This document shows, piece by piece, positions 45,546-57,567 of a stretch of DNA of 61,587 bases. Source of the stretch: Burkholderiaceae bacterium (GTDB taxonomy: Bacteria; Pseudomonadota; Gammaproteobacteria; Burkholderiales; Burkholderiaceae_B); assembly GCA_007116135.1 (NCBI GenBank), contig SKIZ01000124.1:1-61587 (forward strand), written 5' to 3'. Numbering within the stretch: the stretch's first letter is position 1; each line of letters starts with the position of its first letter. The notes under the pieces were generated by a model that searched no databases, was not told the DNA's origin, and saw nothing but the letters and a program-made list of their open reading frames with translations. A program made the position numbers and the translations under genes.

Positions 45546-46088
45546 TTAAGCCATCAGGGCATCGCGCATACGACTAAGCTGCGCGAGCACAGACGTGTCG
45601 TACACGGAATCCCCGACCACAACGCGAACACCACCAATCAGGGCTTCGTCGACTGTGACATGAGGCTTGAGTTTCAGACCAAACTTTGGTTCAAGCAGCT
45701 GAACCAATTCGTTGACCTGCTCCTGGGATAAGGGAAAAGCACTAGTGATGTTGGCCTGAGCAACACCCTCGGCCTGATCTTTAAGCGCGTCAAACTGGTG
45801 CGCAATCTCGGGCATTAGCAGTAATCGATCGTTGGCGATCAGCAGCTCCAGGAAGTTACCCAAAACACCAGAAAATGAGATGTCTTTGAGCAAGTCCTTA
45901 ACGAGAGCCACACGGTCATCGTCGCTCACGCGCGGGTCCGACAACACTTGGCCAACCTGCGGCATAGCGACAAACTGGGCGAGCTGTTGTAGCTGACTCG
46001 CAAGCGCGCTCAGATCCAACGCACCAGACTGGGCGCTCGCAAACAAGGCTTCAGCGTAGGGGCGGGCGACGGTCGAATGTTCAGCCAT
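45546..46088 (-). CDS. atpH: F0F1 ATP synthase delta
   Basis: [26 protein letters not shown]. Confidence 0.96.
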   Translation of the reverse strand: MAEHSTVARPYAEALFASAQSGALDLSALASQLQQLAQFVAMPQVGQVLSDPRVSDDDRVALVKDLLKDISFSGVLGNFLELLIANDRLLLMPEIAHQFDALKDQAEGVAQANITSAFPLSQEQVNELVQLLEPKFGLKLKPHVTVDEALIGGVRVVVGDSVYDTSVLAQLSRMRDALMA

Positions 46089-46101
46089 TAGAGACTTTCT
46101 C

Positions 46102-46572
46102 CTAGAGCTGAGACTTCAGTTGTGCAAGCAAGTCGGCATGCGCTTTTTGATCCACCTCGCGTCGCAGAATTTGCGATGCGCCAAGCACTGCCAGTTTGGC
46201 CACTTCATCGCGTAACCCGTCACGTACACGCTGAGCTTCTTGTTCAGCCTCCTGACGCGCCTGCTCGACAATACGGGCTCGCTCAAGCTCGGCTTGCTGG
46301 CGAGCTTGCTCAATAATCTGAGCGCCATGTTTTTCGGCTTCAGTCGTGCGCAGGTGCAAATCCGCCTTGGCAGACTCTTGCATCGCAGTAATTTTGGCCT
46401 GCGTTTGAGCGAGATCCGACTTGCCTTTCTCGGCAGCGGCCAATCCCTCGGCAATTTTTTGCCGACGCTCTTCAATCGCCTTCGTAATGGGTGGCCACAC
46501 AAACTTCATGGTGACCCAACCCAACACGAAAAAAACGATCATCTGAAAAAAGAGTGTCGAATTCAGATTCAC
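46102..46572 (-). CDS. atpF: F0F1 ATP synthase b
   Basis: MNLNSTL, MKFVWPPI..AIEERRQKIAEGL. Confidence 0.96.
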   Translation of the reverse strand: MNLNSTLFFQMIVFFVLGWVTMKFVWPPITKAIEERRQKIAEGLAAAEKGKSDLAQTQAKITAMQESAKADLHLRTTEAEKHGAQIIEQARQQAELERARIVEQARQEAEQEAQRVRDGLRDEVAKLAVLGASQILRREVDQKAHADLLAQLKSQL

Positions 46573-46634
46573 GGTCGTTTTCCTATCACGCCCGAGCCCC
46601 CGCCAACTAAGACGAGCGCTCTATTTGACTAGTG

Positions 46635-46690
46635 CCCAAACACCACCCGGTGCTTGGGTCAATTTGCGCGCGCAACCATCGGTCGCACGC
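46635..46690 (-). other. Two tandem stem-loops in the atpE-atpF spacer
   Basis: mRNA sense GCGUGCGACC-GAU-GGUUGCGCGC (46690-46668) and CCCAAGCACC-GGGU-GGUGUUUGGG (46658-46635); 10-bp stems completed by G-U pairs. Confidence 0.6.
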
Positions 46691-46704
46691 CCAACGCCCT
46701 TAGG

Positions 46705-46965
<261 letters not shown>

Positions 46966-47029
46966 TCAAAAATCAAAAACTTGAAAAAACTACTCGTTTA
47001 AGCCAGCCCGACTAAACCGAACCAACCCA

Positions 47030-47911
47030 TTAGTGCCCTTCATGCGCCTGCCCGACATAGACGAGCGTGAGCATCATGAAGATAAAGCCCTGCAACACCA
47101 CAATCAGTATGTGGAAGATTGCCCATAATGATCCGGCCAAGATATGACCGAAACCAAATGCGACACTGGCCAAGTTAAACCCAGTCCATGCACCGCCAAG
47201 CAATGCGACAAGCATGAACAGCAATTCGCCAGCAAACATGTTGCCAAACAGTCGCATGCCAAGCGAAACCGACTTCGCTGCATACTCAACCACATTTAAG
47301 AGAAAGTTCGCGGGGGCCAAAGCAATGCCGGCAATGCCGCGCGCGTGAAATGGTGCCGTAAATAGCTCTTTGACAAAGCCACCCGGGCTCTTGATCTTGA
47401 TGCCGTAATAAAACATCATCAACAAGACACCAAACGCCATCCCAAGCGGCACATTCAAATCAGCCGTGGGCAAAATCTTGTGATAGTAGAGCGGGTCGCC
47501 AGGTACCGCACCCAAGCCCGTGGTCTTCCAAACCCATGGCATCAAGTCGACCGGCACGAGATCGAGCGCATTCATCAGCACGATCCACAAAAAGACGGTC
47601 AAAGCCAGAGGCGCGACGTACTTACGGGTTTGTTCGTTGGGAACAATACTACGGGCTTGCTGCTCGACCATGTCGACCAACAGCTCGATAAACGCCTGCA
47701 GGCGACCCGGCACACCTGCCGTAGAATGGCGAGTGCCGAGCCACATGAACACCACGACGATCAGTCCCATAAACAAGGACCAAAACATTGAGTCGTAATT
47801 GATGACACTAAAGTCGGCGATGAACTCTTGCGGGCCACCGATATTATTGTTGTTCACCAAATGGTGCTGAATGTAATACGACTGGGGGGAAACATCACCA
47901 GCGGCAGCCAT
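47030..47911 (-). CDS. atpB: F0F1 ATP synthase a
   Basis: [37 protein letters not shown]. Confidence 0.97.
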   Translation of the reverse strand: MAAAGDVSPQSYYIQHHLVNNNNIGGPQEFIADFSVINYDSMFWSLFMGLIVVVFMWLGTRHSTAGVPGRLQAFIELLVDMVEQQARSIVPNEQTRKYVAPLALTVFLWIVLMNALDLVPVDLMPWVWKTTGLGAVPGDPLYYHKILPTADLNVPLGMAFGVLLMMFYYGIKIKSPGGFVKELFTAPFHARGIAGIALAPANFLLNVVEYAAKSVSLGMRLFGNMFAGELLFMLVALLGGAWTGFNLASVAFGFGHILAGSLWAIFHILIVVLQGFIFMMLTLVYVGQAHEGH

Positions 47912-47994
47912 GCGAACCCTTACATTGTCTAAACACCTGAGCAACCAGGCAAAAAACCATTACCCGAGGCACTACTGTCGCCTCGGCCCAAATT

Positions 47995-48441
47995 TCACCT
48001 AACCAGCCTGCCACCCGAAAACAGCAGGCCAGGCCAATATCCTTTCAACGCGGCCACCAAACCCATCAATGCCGCAAACCAATCAAGCCGACCGGCACCC
48101 TGATCAGCCAATATCCACAGCAGGCCGATTGCCACAAGCACCTTCAAACCGTTACCCACCAAAAAGGTTCTGACGCCAGAACCTTGGGGCCGGAATGTCT
48201 CCAGCATTAACCGCATCACAAACACTGCGTTCGGGGCCAAATAACAAGCAGCCCCGAGCAAAGCACTGACCGCAGACCCTAAACCAGAAAACAAACCAAA
48301 CAAACCAGCGACCGCGGCGGCGGCGAGGACTTGGCACATAAAAATGCGAATCAGGTCACGCCTAGCCCTTCGCGCTACTTGTTGTTTTTCTTGCTCACTG
48401 AGCTCGATGTGATCTGTTTCAGAAGCAGCGAATACGCTCAT
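47995..48441 (-). CDS. atpI: ATP synthase protein I
   Basis: Small 4-TM protein, SALLG...PN..F; first gene of the atp operon. Confidence 0.85.
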   Translation of the reverse strand: MSVFAASETDHIELSEQEKQQVARRARRDLIRIFMCQVLAAAAVAGLFGLFSGLGSAVSALLGAACYLAPNAVFVMRLMLETFRPQGSGVRTFLVGNGLKVLVAIGLLWILADQGAGRLDWFAALMGLVAALKGYWPGLLFSGGRLVR

Positions 48442-48583
48442 CGCAAGGCACCCATCAACATTCACGTCGCAGATCGTACCAAAAATATAACCGCGCTCAG
48501 CAAATACTGCCTGCCGCGGTTACACAAGGCTTGACCGTCCCAGTTCACCACAAAGCCATGCGCACGTCACCACACGCCGGCAT

Positions 48584-48630
48584 TAGGGTAAAGCCTAAAG
48601 AGTATAGCGTGATTTCCCACCCTTTAGCAA
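48584..48630 (-). promoter_or_regulatory. Candidate atp promoter with a palindromic site near the start point
   Basis: Minus strand TTGCTA-N18-TATACT, then TAGGCTTTACCCTA (48597-48584). Confidence 0.4.
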
Positions 48631-48634
48631 AAGG

Positions 48635-49411
48635 TTACCGATGTTTGAACTGCGCGGGCCGCTTTTCAAGAAATGCCTGCATGCCCTCTTTCTGGTCATC
48701 GAGCCCAAAGAGCGAGTGAAACACCCGGCGCTCAAATAGTGCGCCCTCTCGCAAGGTGCCCTCCCAGGCCTGGTTGACACACTCTTTGGCCATGATGGCA
48801 ACCGGCAATGACATCGATGCAATGACCGTGGCCGCGTCTTTGGCCTCTTGAAGTAGCTTGTCAGCGGCCACGATGCGCGAGACCAACCCAGCGCGTTCGG
48901 CCTCCTCAGCGTTCATCATCCGACCCGTCAAGACCATATCCATCGCCTTGGATTTGCCGACCGCGCGCGGCAGCCGCTGTGTGCCGCCAGCACCCGGGAT
49001 CACACCAAGTTTGATCTCCGGTTGACCGAACTTCGCCGTATCGGACGCGATAATGAAGTCGCACATCATCGCTAGCTCACAACCGCCACCAAGCGCGTAG
49101 CCCGAGACCGCGGCGATGATGGGCTTGCGCACACGAGTAATCGGGTCCCAGTTACGTGTGATGTACTCAGATTTATGCACATCAATGTAATTCCAAGATG
49201 CCATTGCGGCGATGTCAGCACCTGCGGCAAAGGCTTTTTCACTGCCCGTGATGATGATGGCGCCAATGTCATCATCGGCGTCAAGCGCGGCCAATGCCGC
49301 GCTCAGTTCATCCATCAGCGCATCGCTCAAGGCATTGAGCGCTTTGGGCCGATTAAGGGTAAGAATAGCCACACGACCGTGTGTTTCCTGCAAAATCAAG
49401 GCTTCGCTCAT
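48635..49411 (-). CDS. Enoyl-CoA hydratase
   Basis: [45 protein letters not shown]. Confidence 0.95.
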   Translation of the reverse strand: MSEALILQETHGRVAILTLNRPKALNALSDALMDELSAALAALDADDDIGAIIITGSEKAFAAGADIAAMASWNYIDVHKSEYITRNWDPITRVRKPIIAAVSGYALGGGCELAMMCDFIIASDTAKFGQPEIKLGVIPGAGGTQRLPRAVGKSKAMDMVLTGRMMNAEEAERAGLVSRIVAADKLLQEAKDAATVIASMSLPVAIMAKECVNQAWEGTLREGALFERRVFHSLFGLDDQKEGMQAFLEKRPAQFKHR

Positions 49412-49446
49412 CGTTTTCTCCTCACGTTTTTGTATAACATCTCAGC

Positions 49447-51231
49447 ATGTCTAAACAAACTCTACGATACACCGTTGAGCCCCACGATTTATCGGGACAC
49501 CGGCTCAAGATTCGTTTACAGATCGATCGCGTTGCAAGCTCGAGGCAAATTGTTTCCATGCCCGCATGGATCCCGGGCAGCTACCTGATTCGGGACTTCT
49601 CGCGGCATGTCGAAACCATCAGAGGCCGCCACAACGGTCGCTGGCACGAGCCGGTCAAGCTCGATGACCACCGCTGGCGTTTTGATGGCTGCCAAGGCAG
49701 CCTGAGCGTTGAAGTCATTGTTTATGCATGGGATTTGTCAGTGCGCGGTGCGCATGTCGACGATACCCACGCCTTCTTTAATGGCACCTCGGTTTTCCTC
49801 AGGCCCCACGGCCTTGAGGCGCTTGCCTGCGAAGTCACCCTGATGCGTCCGGCTGGCAAGCGCCATTGGCGTGCATACACCAGCATGCCGCCGGCCAAAG
49901 GTCAATTGCCGGCCAATGTGATGGGGCGTTTTGTTGCTGCGGATTACGACGCATTGATTGATCACCCATTTGAGCTTGGCACACCACAGGTCATCCGTTT
50001 TCGTGCCTGCGGTGCGCTGCACACCATGGTTTTCACCGGGTTAGTCCCCAACCTTGACCTCAAACGTATCGCTCAAGATGTCAGGCGTGTGTGTGAATCT
50101 CAAATCGCATTTTTTGACCCGCAAGACAAGCAAGCCCCATTTCTCGATAGCGCTCAAGAATATGTGTTTATGACCATGGTCACGGCCAATGGCTACGGTG
50201 GCCTGGAGCATCGTGCCAGCACTGCCTTAATGACCTCGCGCAGCGACCTGCCCACGGTGCATCAGCGCCAAGCGCCGGCCGGTTATGTTCAGTTTCTGGG
50301 CCTAGTCAGTCATGAATATTTTCATACCTGGCATGTCAAACGGATTAAGCCTGCGGCCTTTGTGCCTTATGACTTGCTCAAGCCAACCCATACCCGCTTA
50401 CTCTGGATATTTGAAGGATTCACGTCTTACTACGACGACTTGATGTTGCTGCGCAGCGGCGTCATCGATCTAGACACCTACCTCAAGCAATTAAGCAAAA
50501 CCATCACCGCGGTGCATGCCGCTCCAGGTCGTCGGCAGCAGTCACTAGCAAACAGTTCGTTTGATGCGTGGACGAAGTATTACAAGCAAGACGAGAACGC
50601 ACCGAACGCCATTAGCAGCTATTACGCCAAAGGCGCGCTCGTGGCTCTTGGGCTGGACTTGGTGATTCGGCAACGCAGCGCGCAGCGTTACAGTCTTGAC
50701 GATGTCATGCGCCACCTCTGGAACACGCTCGGTCGCACGTTTTATCGCGGCAAAGCGGCAGGACTGTCGGAGACGGCCTTTGTCCGAGAGGTCAAAACGG
50801 TCACAGGTGTTGATCTGCGCCAAGAGATCTGGCAGTGGGTCGACCAAACAGCCGATGTGCCGCTTGATCGTCTGCTCGCGCCAACGGGTTTTGACCTTAT
50901 ATGGCGTGAGGCAAAAAATACGCCAGCGATCGGAGCGACCTTCAAAACACAAGGCGAGTCGCTCGCAATTCGTCAAGTCATCCGGGGCAAGGCCGCCCAT
51001 GCGGCAGGTCTGTCGGCCGGTGATTTATTGGTCGCCTGCAATGGCTTGCGCATTGGCAGCGATGTCAAATCGTTGCAACAAGTGTTAAGCGCCTACCAGC
51101 GCGGTGACCAGCTCATCCTGCACGCCTTCAGAGGCGATGTCCTGCAAACCCATACCTTGACTCTGGGCGAGCCCGAGGCCTCTGTAGCCGAGGTCAAACC
51201 AAGCAACCAAAGCACAACAGGCCCCTTGTGA
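49447..51231 (+). CDS. M61-family metallopeptidase with C-terminal PDZ domain
   Basis: PAWIPGSYLIRDF, GGLEH, SHEYFHTW, LWIFEGFTSYY, YYAKG, PDZ AHAAGLSAGD. Confidence 0.93.
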   Translation: MSKQTLRYTVEPHDLSGHRLKIRLQIDRVASSRQIVSMPAWIPGSYLIRDFSRHVETIRGRHNGRWHEPVKLDDHRWRFDGCQGSLSVEVIVYAWDLSVRGAHVDDTHAFFNGTSVFLRPHGLEALACEVTLMRPAGKRHWRAYTSMPPAKGQLPANVMGRFVAADYDALIDHPFELGTPQVIRFRACGALHTMVFTGLVPNLDLKRIAQDVRRVCESQIAFFDPQDKQAPFLDSAQEYVFMTMVTANGYGGLEHRASTALMTSRSDLPTVHQRQAPAGYVQFLGLVSHEYFHTWHVKRIKPAAFVPYDLLKPTHTRLLWIFEGFTSYYDDLMLLRSGVIDLDTYLKQLSKTITAVHAAPGRRQQSLANSSFDAWTKYYKQDENAPNAISSYYAKGALVALGLDLVIRQRSAQRYSLDDVMRHLWNTLGRTFYRGKAAGLSETAFVREVKTVTGVDLRQEIWQWVDQTADVPLDRLLAPTGFDLIWREAKNTPAIGATFKTQGESLAIRQVIRGKAAHAAGLSAGDLLVACNGLRIGSDVKSLQQVLSAYQRGDQLILHAFRGDVLQTHTLTLGEPEASVAEVKPSNQSTTGPL

Positions 51232-52328
51232 GCGAGACTGAGCTCATTGATGACTACCGCGGATTGCTCTTGAGTCAAACACCGCTGCTGGATGTGCGCG
51301 CACCGGTGGAGTTTGTCCAAGGCGCGTTCCCGTCAGCCATCAATTTGCCTCTGATGAATGACCAAGAGCGACAAGCCGTGGGCATTGAATACAAGCAGGC
51401 GGGCCAAGAGGCCGCCATCGCCCTAGGGCATCAGTTAGTGAGCGGCCAATTACGCGAGCAACGCATTGCCCAATGGGCCGCCTTTCTTGGTCGCCACCCA
51501 GACAGCGTCATCTACTGCTTTCGTGGCGGGCTACGCTCGCAGATCGCCCAGCAGTGGCTTGGCGATGTTGGTTGGCGTCGGCCCAGAGTGCTCGGTGGCT
51601 ACAAAGCGATGCGCCAGTTTTTACTTGAAAACCTAGATGAGCGCGTGCGCAGCACCGAGTTCGTGGTCGTAGGTGGCTTGACCGGCACGGGCAAGACCGA
51701 CGTGATCGCTGCGCTGAGCAACAAGATTGACCTTGAGGCACTGGCACATCATCGCGGCTCAAGCTTTGGTGGGCGCACCGAGCGCCAGCCAAGCCAAATC
51801 AATTTTGAAAACAGCCTGAGCATTGAACTGCTGCGACTGCACCAAAGCAACGCCACTGCGCTGGCAGTTGAGGACGAGGCCCATCTGATTGGACGGTGCG
51901 CTGTGCCGTTGGCACTTAGAAACAAAACGCAGCAAAGTCCAACGATCTGGGTCACTGCCGCGTTAGATGAGCGCGTGCACAGAATTCAGCGAGACTACAT
52001 CGAATCACTGGCGCAAGATTACCGCTTGGCCTTTGGCCCGTCCGAAGGTATCGCCCGCTACCAGACCCATCTCAGAAAAAGTCTCTTTAACCTACACAAG
52101 CGCCTTGGCCAGCAACGACACGCGCAGCTACAAACCGCACTCGATGAGGCGCTCAAGCAGCAACTCGAACACGGGGCTTTTGACGGACACCGACAATGGA
52201 TCGAACCATTGCTGACGACCTATTACGACCCCATGTACGAGTACCAGCGACAGCAAAGAAAGGGGCGTGTCTTATTCGAGGGCACCACAAAAGAGGTTAC
52301 AGCGTTCTTGCAAGCCAACGGTTACTAA
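51228..52328 (+). CDS. mnmH: tRNA 2-selenouridine(34) synthase
   Basis: Rhodanese domain DVRAPVEF...YCFRGGLRS; P-loop GLTGTGKT; DLEALAHHRGSSFG; YYDPMY. Confidence 0.94.
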   Translation: MSETELIDDYRGLLLSQTPLLDVRAPVEFVQGAFPSAINLPLMNDQERQAVGIEYKQAGQEAAIALGHQLVSGQLREQRIAQWAAFLGRHPDSVIYCFRGGLRSQIAQQWLGDVGWRRPRVLGGYKAMRQFLLENLDERVRSTEFVVVGGLTGTGKTDVIAALSNKIDLEALAHHRGSSFGGRTERQPSQINFENSLSIELLRLHQSNATALAVEDEAHLIGRCAVPLALRNKTQQSPTIWVTAALDERVHRIQRDYIESLAQDYRLAFGPSEGIARYQTHLRKSLFNLHKRLGQQRHAQLQTALDEALKQQLEHGAFDGHRQWIEPLLTTYYDPMYEYQRQQRKGRVLFEGTTKEVTAFLQANGY

Positions 52329-53240
52329 CTAAACCGACTGCGCGCTGAGGTCACGCTCGATGGCTTTGGCCGCCACCACGCCATCGGCCATCGCGGTTGG
52401 CACACAAGGATGCATGCGCTGAGCAAGCTCCCCAATAGCAAAGACGCCTGGCAAGCTGGTCTGGGCGCACGCGGCATCAGTTGCAACGAACCCGCGCTCA
52501 TCGATTGCCAAGGCCGGCGTTGCGGCAAAGTCAAGGTTGGCCTGCCAGCCGTAGAACACCAATAGGTAATCATAGGTTTGGCCGTTAACGGTGCGAGCGA
52601 CCGGATCTACCTGAGTGCTACCGATGTGTAGATCGGCTGCCAGAACACGAGAGACAAACTGTTTTTGCGCACGCACGGTGCGCGCAAAGATCTTAACGTC
52701 GCTTGCCCCTCGACTTTTGGCGAACTCATAGTTCTCAAACGCATTGTCACCACCGCCAAGTATTGCCACGCGCTTGCCAGCAAAGGCCAGCGCCATGATC
52801 GCATCACCTGGCCCCACAATCACGCCGGGCAATGACTGATCCTCAAAGCCAGCCAAGCCACGCGGCTTGACCCCGGTGGCCAAAACGACCCGCTTGGCTC
52901 GCACGATCACTGGCGCGGCGCCAGCACGCGCGACAGAGAGCTCAAATACCGGTTTTTGCCCATCGAGCGCTTGTAGGCAACTCTCAAACCACACCTCGAT
53001 GCCTGAGGCCTGGACTTGCTCGGCCATGTGCTGTGCCACCTGTACGCCGGTTTGATGCGGTGAAGTCACCGTCCAGATGTCATCAAAGGGATTGCGTGCC
53101 GCTAATCCACCGATGCGATCGCTGGCTTCGATAAGCAGCGGCTTAAAACCGAGATGGCGCAACCAAACCGCGCAACTCGCACCGGCTGGTCCTGCTCCCA
53201 CGACTACCGCATCCCAAAGCTTTTCCAAGACTGACCTCAC
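52329..53240 (-). CDS. TrxB-like NAD(P)/FAD-dependent oxidoreductase lacking CxxC
   Basis: VVGAGPAG, LATG, ILGGGDNA, TSLPGVFAIGE. Confidence 0.85.
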   Translation of the reverse strand: MRSVLEKLWDAVVVGAGPAGASCAVWLRHLGFKPLLIEASDRIGGLAARNPFDDIWTVTSPHQTGVQVAQHMAEQVQASGIEVWFESCLQALDGQKPVFELSVARAGAAPVIVRAKRVVLATGVKPRGLAGFEDQSLPGVIVGPGDAIMALAFAGKRVAILGGGDNAFENYEFAKSRGASDVKIFARTVRAQKQFVSRVLAADLHIGSTQVDPVARTVNGQTYDYLLVFYGWQANLDFAATPALAIDERGFVATDAACAQTSLPGVFAIGELAQRMHPCVPTAMADGVVAAKAIERDLSAQSV

Positions 53241-53336
53241 TGGTTAATCTCATTGTAAGGCTCTACGTTGGCCCACTGGTCAATCGCCAAGGCAAAGTCC
53301 TACAATCGAACCCTTGTCCATTGCCAAGTCACTTTC

Positions 53337-53708
53337 ATGCTCACTCGTCGAATTATTTTTAACCGAATCGCCTTAGACGCCAGTATCGGCATCCTCGATC
53401 ATGAACGTCGCGCGACCCAACCCATTCATGTCGACGCTGAGATCGAGGTGCGTGTCAGCCAGCCAGTCAACGATGAGGACATCCACAGCGTACTTGACTA
53501 CCGCACACTGCACAGCCTGATTATCAAACAATGCACTGACGGTCACGTCAACCTGCTCGAGACACTCACGGAAAACGTTGCAGACCAGTTGCTTGCCGCT
53601 TTCGAGGACACCCGCGAGGTCAGAGTACGGATCACCAAACCATCGGCGTTTGCCGATTGCGCAGGCGTGGCCATCGAGGTTTGCAAACAAAAGCCAAGCG
53701 GACACTGA
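53337..53708 (+). CDS. folB: Dihydroneopterin aldolase
   Basis: [33 protein letters not shown]. Confidence 0.88.
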   Translation: MLTRRIIFNRIALDASIGILDHERRATQPIHVDAEIEVRVSQPVNDEDIHSVLDYRTLHSLIIKQCTDGHVNLLETLTENVADQLLAAFEDTREVRVRITKPSAFADCAGVAIEVCKQKPSGH

Positions 53709-53710
53709 AA

Positions 53711-54607
53711 ATGACGGCACCCGAACCGATCACCATTCATCGTCGTCTTTCAAGCAAACAGGCCGTTGACGGCAATAAGCTGCAAAAGCGCTTGCTACGT
53801 GAGACCGGCAAAGCGATTGCTGACTATCGTATGATCGAGCACGGCGACAAAGTGATGGTCTGCCTGTCTGGCGGCAAGGACTCCTACGCCCTGCTCGATT
53901 TGTTGATGACTCTGCGACTTCGTGCGCCGATATCCTTTGAGCTTATCGCAGTCAACCTTGATCAGAAGCAACCCGGCTTCCCGCAAGAGGTACTGCCGAA
54001 TTACTTAAAGCAATTGGCCGTGCCGTTTCATATTGAGCAGCAAGACACGTATTCCATCGTCAAGCGCCTGATACCCGAGGGCAAGACCACCTGCTCACTT
54101 TGCTCGCGGCTGCGTCGCGGCATCCTCTACCGGGTCGCAAGCGAGCTTGGCGCCACCAAAATAGCGCTTGGTCACCATCGTGATGACATCCTGGCGACTT
54201 TCTTTCTGAATCTGTTTTACGCAGCCCGCTTAAAGGCGATGCCACCAAAACTAGTCTCCGATGATGGTCAACACACCGTCATCCGGCCTTTGGCGTATGT
54301 GGCAGAAGCAGATTTGATCAGGTATGCGCAGATCAAATCGTTTCCGATCATTCCTTGCAATTTATGCGGCTCCCAGGAAAATTTGAAGCGCCGCGAGGTC
54401 GCGCAGATGCTGCGCCAATGGGAGCGTGATCAGCCACAACGGGTCTGGAATGCTTTCAAAGCACTCGCGACGGTTGTGCCCTCACACCTAATGGATCGCA
54501 ACCTGTTTGATTTCGAGAGCCTAAAACCGAGCGGGCAACCCGATGCTGACGGTGACAAAGCCTTTGATTCTGAACCGTTGGCCGCAATCACACAGTTTGA
54601 CGACTAA
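53711..54607 (+). CDS. ttcA: tRNA 2-thiocytidine(32) synthetase
   Basis: PP-loop [32 protein letters not shown]. Confidence 0.96.
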   Translation: MTAPEPITIHRRLSSKQAVDGNKLQKRLLRETGKAIADYRMIEHGDKVMVCLSGGKDSYALLDLLMTLRLRAPISFELIAVNLDQKQPGFPQEVLPNYLKQLAVPFHIEQQDTYSIVKRLIPEGKTTCSLCSRLRRGILYRVASELGATKIALGHHRDDILATFFLNLFYAARLKAMPPKLVSDDGQHTVIRPLAYVAEADLIRYAQIKSFPIIPCNLCGSQENLKRREVAQMLRQWERDQPQRVWNAFKALATVVPSHLMDRNLFDFESLKPSGQPDADGDKAFDSEPLAAITQFDD

Positions 54608-54626
54608 CGTTGTGTCATCTACCAGA

Positions 54627-55208
54627 TCACGCTGGCTTATCCATGCCTTCCCAGCGCGGGCCAGGAACCTCAATGCCCACGAGTTCCAGAATTCGCGCCA
54701 CAGAGTGATCGATCAATTCAGGGATTGACTTCGGTAGGTGGTAGAAAGCCGGCAAGGGCGGGAAAATAATGCCGCCCATCTCGGTAACAGCGGTCATGTT
54801 TCTCAAATGCGCAAGGTTAAAGGGCGTCTCACGCACAACCATCACCAATCGCCGACGTTCCTTTAAGGTGACATCGGCTGCACGCGTGATCAAGTTATCT
54901 GACAACCCCATGGCCACAGCCGATAGCGTTCGCATCGAGCAAGGCACCACAACCATACCCGTGGTGGCAAACGCGCCACTGGCCAAAGTCGCACCCACAT
55001 CACGAATGTTGTAGACCCGATCGGCTAGGTCATGAATTTGCTGCCTAGACAGGCCAAGCTCATGCTTGACATTGAGCACACCCGAGGCCGATACCACCAA
55101 GTGAGTCTCGACATCGTCAACATCACGCGCCATTTCCAACAAGCGCGTGGCATAAGCCGAGCCAGTCGCGCCTGTTATGCCAACGACTAGCCGCCTCTTT
55201 TGACTCAC
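54627..55208 (-). CDS. ubiX: Flavin prenyltransferase UbiX
   Basis: [30 protein letters not shown]. Confidence 0.95.
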   Translation of the reverse strand: MSQKRRLVVGITGATGSAYATRLLEMARDVDDVETHLVVSASGVLNVKHELGLSRQQIHDLADRVYNIRDVGATLASGAFATTGMVVVPCSMRTLSAVAMGLSDNLITRAADVTLKERRRLVMVVRETPFNLAHLRNMTAVTEMGGIIFPPLPAFYHLPKSIPELIDHSVARILELVGIEVPGPRWEGMDKPA

Positions 55209-55531
55209 GAGGTCGCGCCTGCCTGCTCGAGCAACTGCTTGAGCTCGCCACTTTGGTCCATTTCGCCCATGATGTCAGAGCCACCGATAAACTCACCCTT
55301 GACATAGAGCTGCGGAATCGTCGGCCACTGTGAGTAGGTTTTAATGGCTTGGCGCACTTCGTCGTCTTCAAGCACGTTAACCGTAATCAACTTGGTCACG
55401 CCGCTGTCACGCAGAATCTGTATGGCACGCCCAGAGAACCCGCATTGGGGAAACTGGGCTGTTCCCTTCATAAATAAAACAACTGGATTGTTACTCACAG
55501 TTTCCTTAATAAAGCTTTGAGCATCAGACAT
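55205..55531 (-). CDS. grxD: Monothiol glutaredoxin Grx4
   Basis: [22 protein letters not shown]. Confidence 0.96.
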   Translation of the reverse strand: MSDAQSFIKETVSNNPVVLFMKGTAQFPQCGFSGRAIQILRDSGVTKLITVNVLEDDEVRQAIKTYSQWPTIPQLYVKGEFIGGSDIMGEMDQSGELKQLLEQAGATS

Positions 55532-55568
55532 GGCTCGAATTCCTGTGGTTTGTTTGGACAGTAAAACC

Positions 55569-56423
55569 TTAGCGTATCTCACTATTATATGAACCTGCCG
55601 TCACCCTTGGTAGACCGGCAAGATCTGGTAGGGTCATTACATCAGAAAAGCCTGCCTGGCGAAAAAGCCCACTGACAGCAGGGGCTTGCTCAAACCCATG
55701 TTCGACGCACACAAGACCACCAGGTTTCAAATACCGCGCAGCGCTAGCCAAAATAGACCGATAAGCACCTAGACCATCGCCGCCGTCTGTCAGGGCAATA
55801 GCGGGTTCACATCGTAACTCTGGCTGCAGCAGATGATCGTCGTCTTTCGCGATGTATGGCGGATTACTGACAATGGCATCAAATTTCGGGCAATCGAGCC
55901 CGATGAGCGCATCAAACCAGCTGCCTTGTAATAGCGTTATGGGCACCTCATGCCGTTGGGCGTTGCTTTGCGCCACGGCAAGCGCTTGGGCGCTGACGTC
56001 AGTGGCAAACACCACGGCCGCCGGACATGCCTTGGCCAAGGCAATGGCGATCGCACCGCTGCCTGTACCAAGATCCAAAATGGTTACTGGCGCCTGGGCG
56101 TCGATCTGCTCGAGCACGTGGGTGACAATGAGCTCGGTTTCTGGCCTGGGAATCAAAACTGCCGGATTCACTTCAAGCATCAGCCCCATAAATTCCCGCT
56201 GCCCAAGTAAATAAGCCACAGGCTGCCCGAGCTCACGCTTAGCGCATAGCTGCAGGTAGTGGCGCGCCTGTTGGCTCTCTAGCTCGGCATCGTCATGCGC
56301 GATCAGCCAAGTGCGCGAAACACCGAGCACATGTGCGAGCAACAGTTGGGATTCGAGTCGCGGCAGGCGCGCAGCCTTCAGGCAATCACGGACTGTGACA
56401 CGCTCGAGACTTTCAAGTCGCAT
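55569..56423 (-). CDS. prmC: Release factor glutamine methyltransferase
   Basis: [27 protein letters not shown]. Confidence 0.96.
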   Translation of the reverse strand: MRLESLERVTVRDCLKAARLPRLESQLLLAHVLGVSRTWLIAHDDAELESQQARHYLQLCAKRELGQPVAYLLGQREFMGLMLEVNPAVLIPRPETELIVTHVLEQIDAQAPVTILDLGTGSGAIAIALAKACPAAVVFATDVSAQALAVAQSNAQRHEVPITLLQGSWFDALIGLDCPKFDAIVSNPPYIAKDDDHLLQPELRCEPAIALTDGGDGLGAYRSILASAARYLKPGGLVCVEHGFEQAPAVSGLFRQAGFSDVMTLPDLAGLPRVTAGSYNSEIR

Positions 56424-57495
56424 CGGCAAGCGCTGCAAGCTCATTGGCCTGATGTTCGGCGATCAACGCCGCGGTTAACTCGTTTAGATCGCCCTCCATG
56501 ATGTTTTGCAGCTTGTAGAGCGTCAGATTAATTCGATGGTCTGTCATGCGGCCCTGCGGAAAGTTGTAGGTTCTTATCCGCTCAGAGCGATCCCCAGAGC
56601 CCACGAGGCTTTTGCGTTGCGCGGCTTGCTTGCTTTGCTGCTCGGTTAACTGCCGGTCTTTTAAGCGCGCAGCCAAGACCTGCATCGCCTTGTCTTTGTT
56701 GCGGTGCTGCGAGCGATCATCCTGGCACTCAACCACAATACCCGAGGGCAGGTGTGTGATTCGCACAGCCGAATCGGTCTTGTTTACGTGCTGACCTCCC
56801 GCACCGCTGGCCCGGAAAGTGTCGATTCGCAGGTCGCTTGGTGAAATATTGATCTCAGTCTGCGCATCAGCCTCGGGCATCACCGCCACGGTGCAAGCCG
56901 AGGTGTGTATTCGGCCCTGCGACTCTGTCTCGGGCACACGCTGCACCCGATGCGCGCCGGACTCAAATTTCAGCTGCCCGTAAACGCCGTCACCATCAAT
57001 GCGCACGATCACTTCTTTATAACCACCCAATTCGGCCGGGCTTTCCGACATCAACTCGGTTCGCCACCCCTTTTGCTCTGCAAACCGGCTATACATCCGC
57101 AGCAAATCACCACAAAACAGGGCGCTTTCATCGCCACCGGTGCCAGCACGGATTTCCAGAAAGACACTGCGCGAATCATCGGGGTCTTTGGGTAACAACA
57201 AAACCTGCAAATCCGCCTCAAGCTGCTCGATCTTCAAGCGGCATTGCTGAAGCTCATCGGCTGCCATCTCCCTCATCTCTGGGTCATCGAGCAAGGCTTT
57301 TGCCTGTTCCAAGTCTGTCTGGGCTCGCACAAAAGCATTAAATGCAGCAGCCACCGGCTCAAGCTCGGCGCGCTCTCGTGACAAAGCCGTATAGCGCTTC
57401 ATGTCCTGCCCGATCTCGGGTTCAGCGAGCAATGCATCGATTTCCTGCACCCGAAAGGCAAGCTGCTCAAGACGGGAATGCATGGATGGTTTCAT
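56413..57495 (-). CDS. prfA: Peptide chain release factor 1
   Basis: [16 protein letters not shown] (PxT), [16 protein letters not shown]. Confidence 0.98.
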   Translation of the reverse strand: MKPSMHSRLEQLAFRVQEIDALLAEPEIGQDMKRYTALSRERAELEPVAAAFNAFVRAQTDLEQAKALLDDPEMREMAADELQQCRLKIEQLEADLQVLLLPKDPDDSRSVFLEIRAGTGGDESALFCGDLLRMYSRFAEQKGWRTELMSESPAELGGYKEVIVRIDGDGVYGQLKFESGAHRVQRVPETESQGRIHTSACTVAVMPEADAQTEINISPSDLRIDTFRASGAGGQHVNKTDSAVRITHLPSGIVVECQDDRSQHRNKDKAMQVLAARLKDRQLTEQQSKQAAQRKSLVGSGDRSERIRTYNFPQGRMTDHRINLTLYKLQNIMEGDLNELTAALIAEHQANELAALADAT

Positions 57496-57567
57496 ATTTG
57501 CAAATACTGTCAATAGCCCAATGGTGAGCTTGGCCCAAAAGGGCTAGGTGTCACCCACTGCTAGTTG

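Noticed and set aside
51228-53240. Selenocysteine recoding near mnmH
   Set aside because: No in-frame TGA; both ORFs are full length and end in TAA/TAG.
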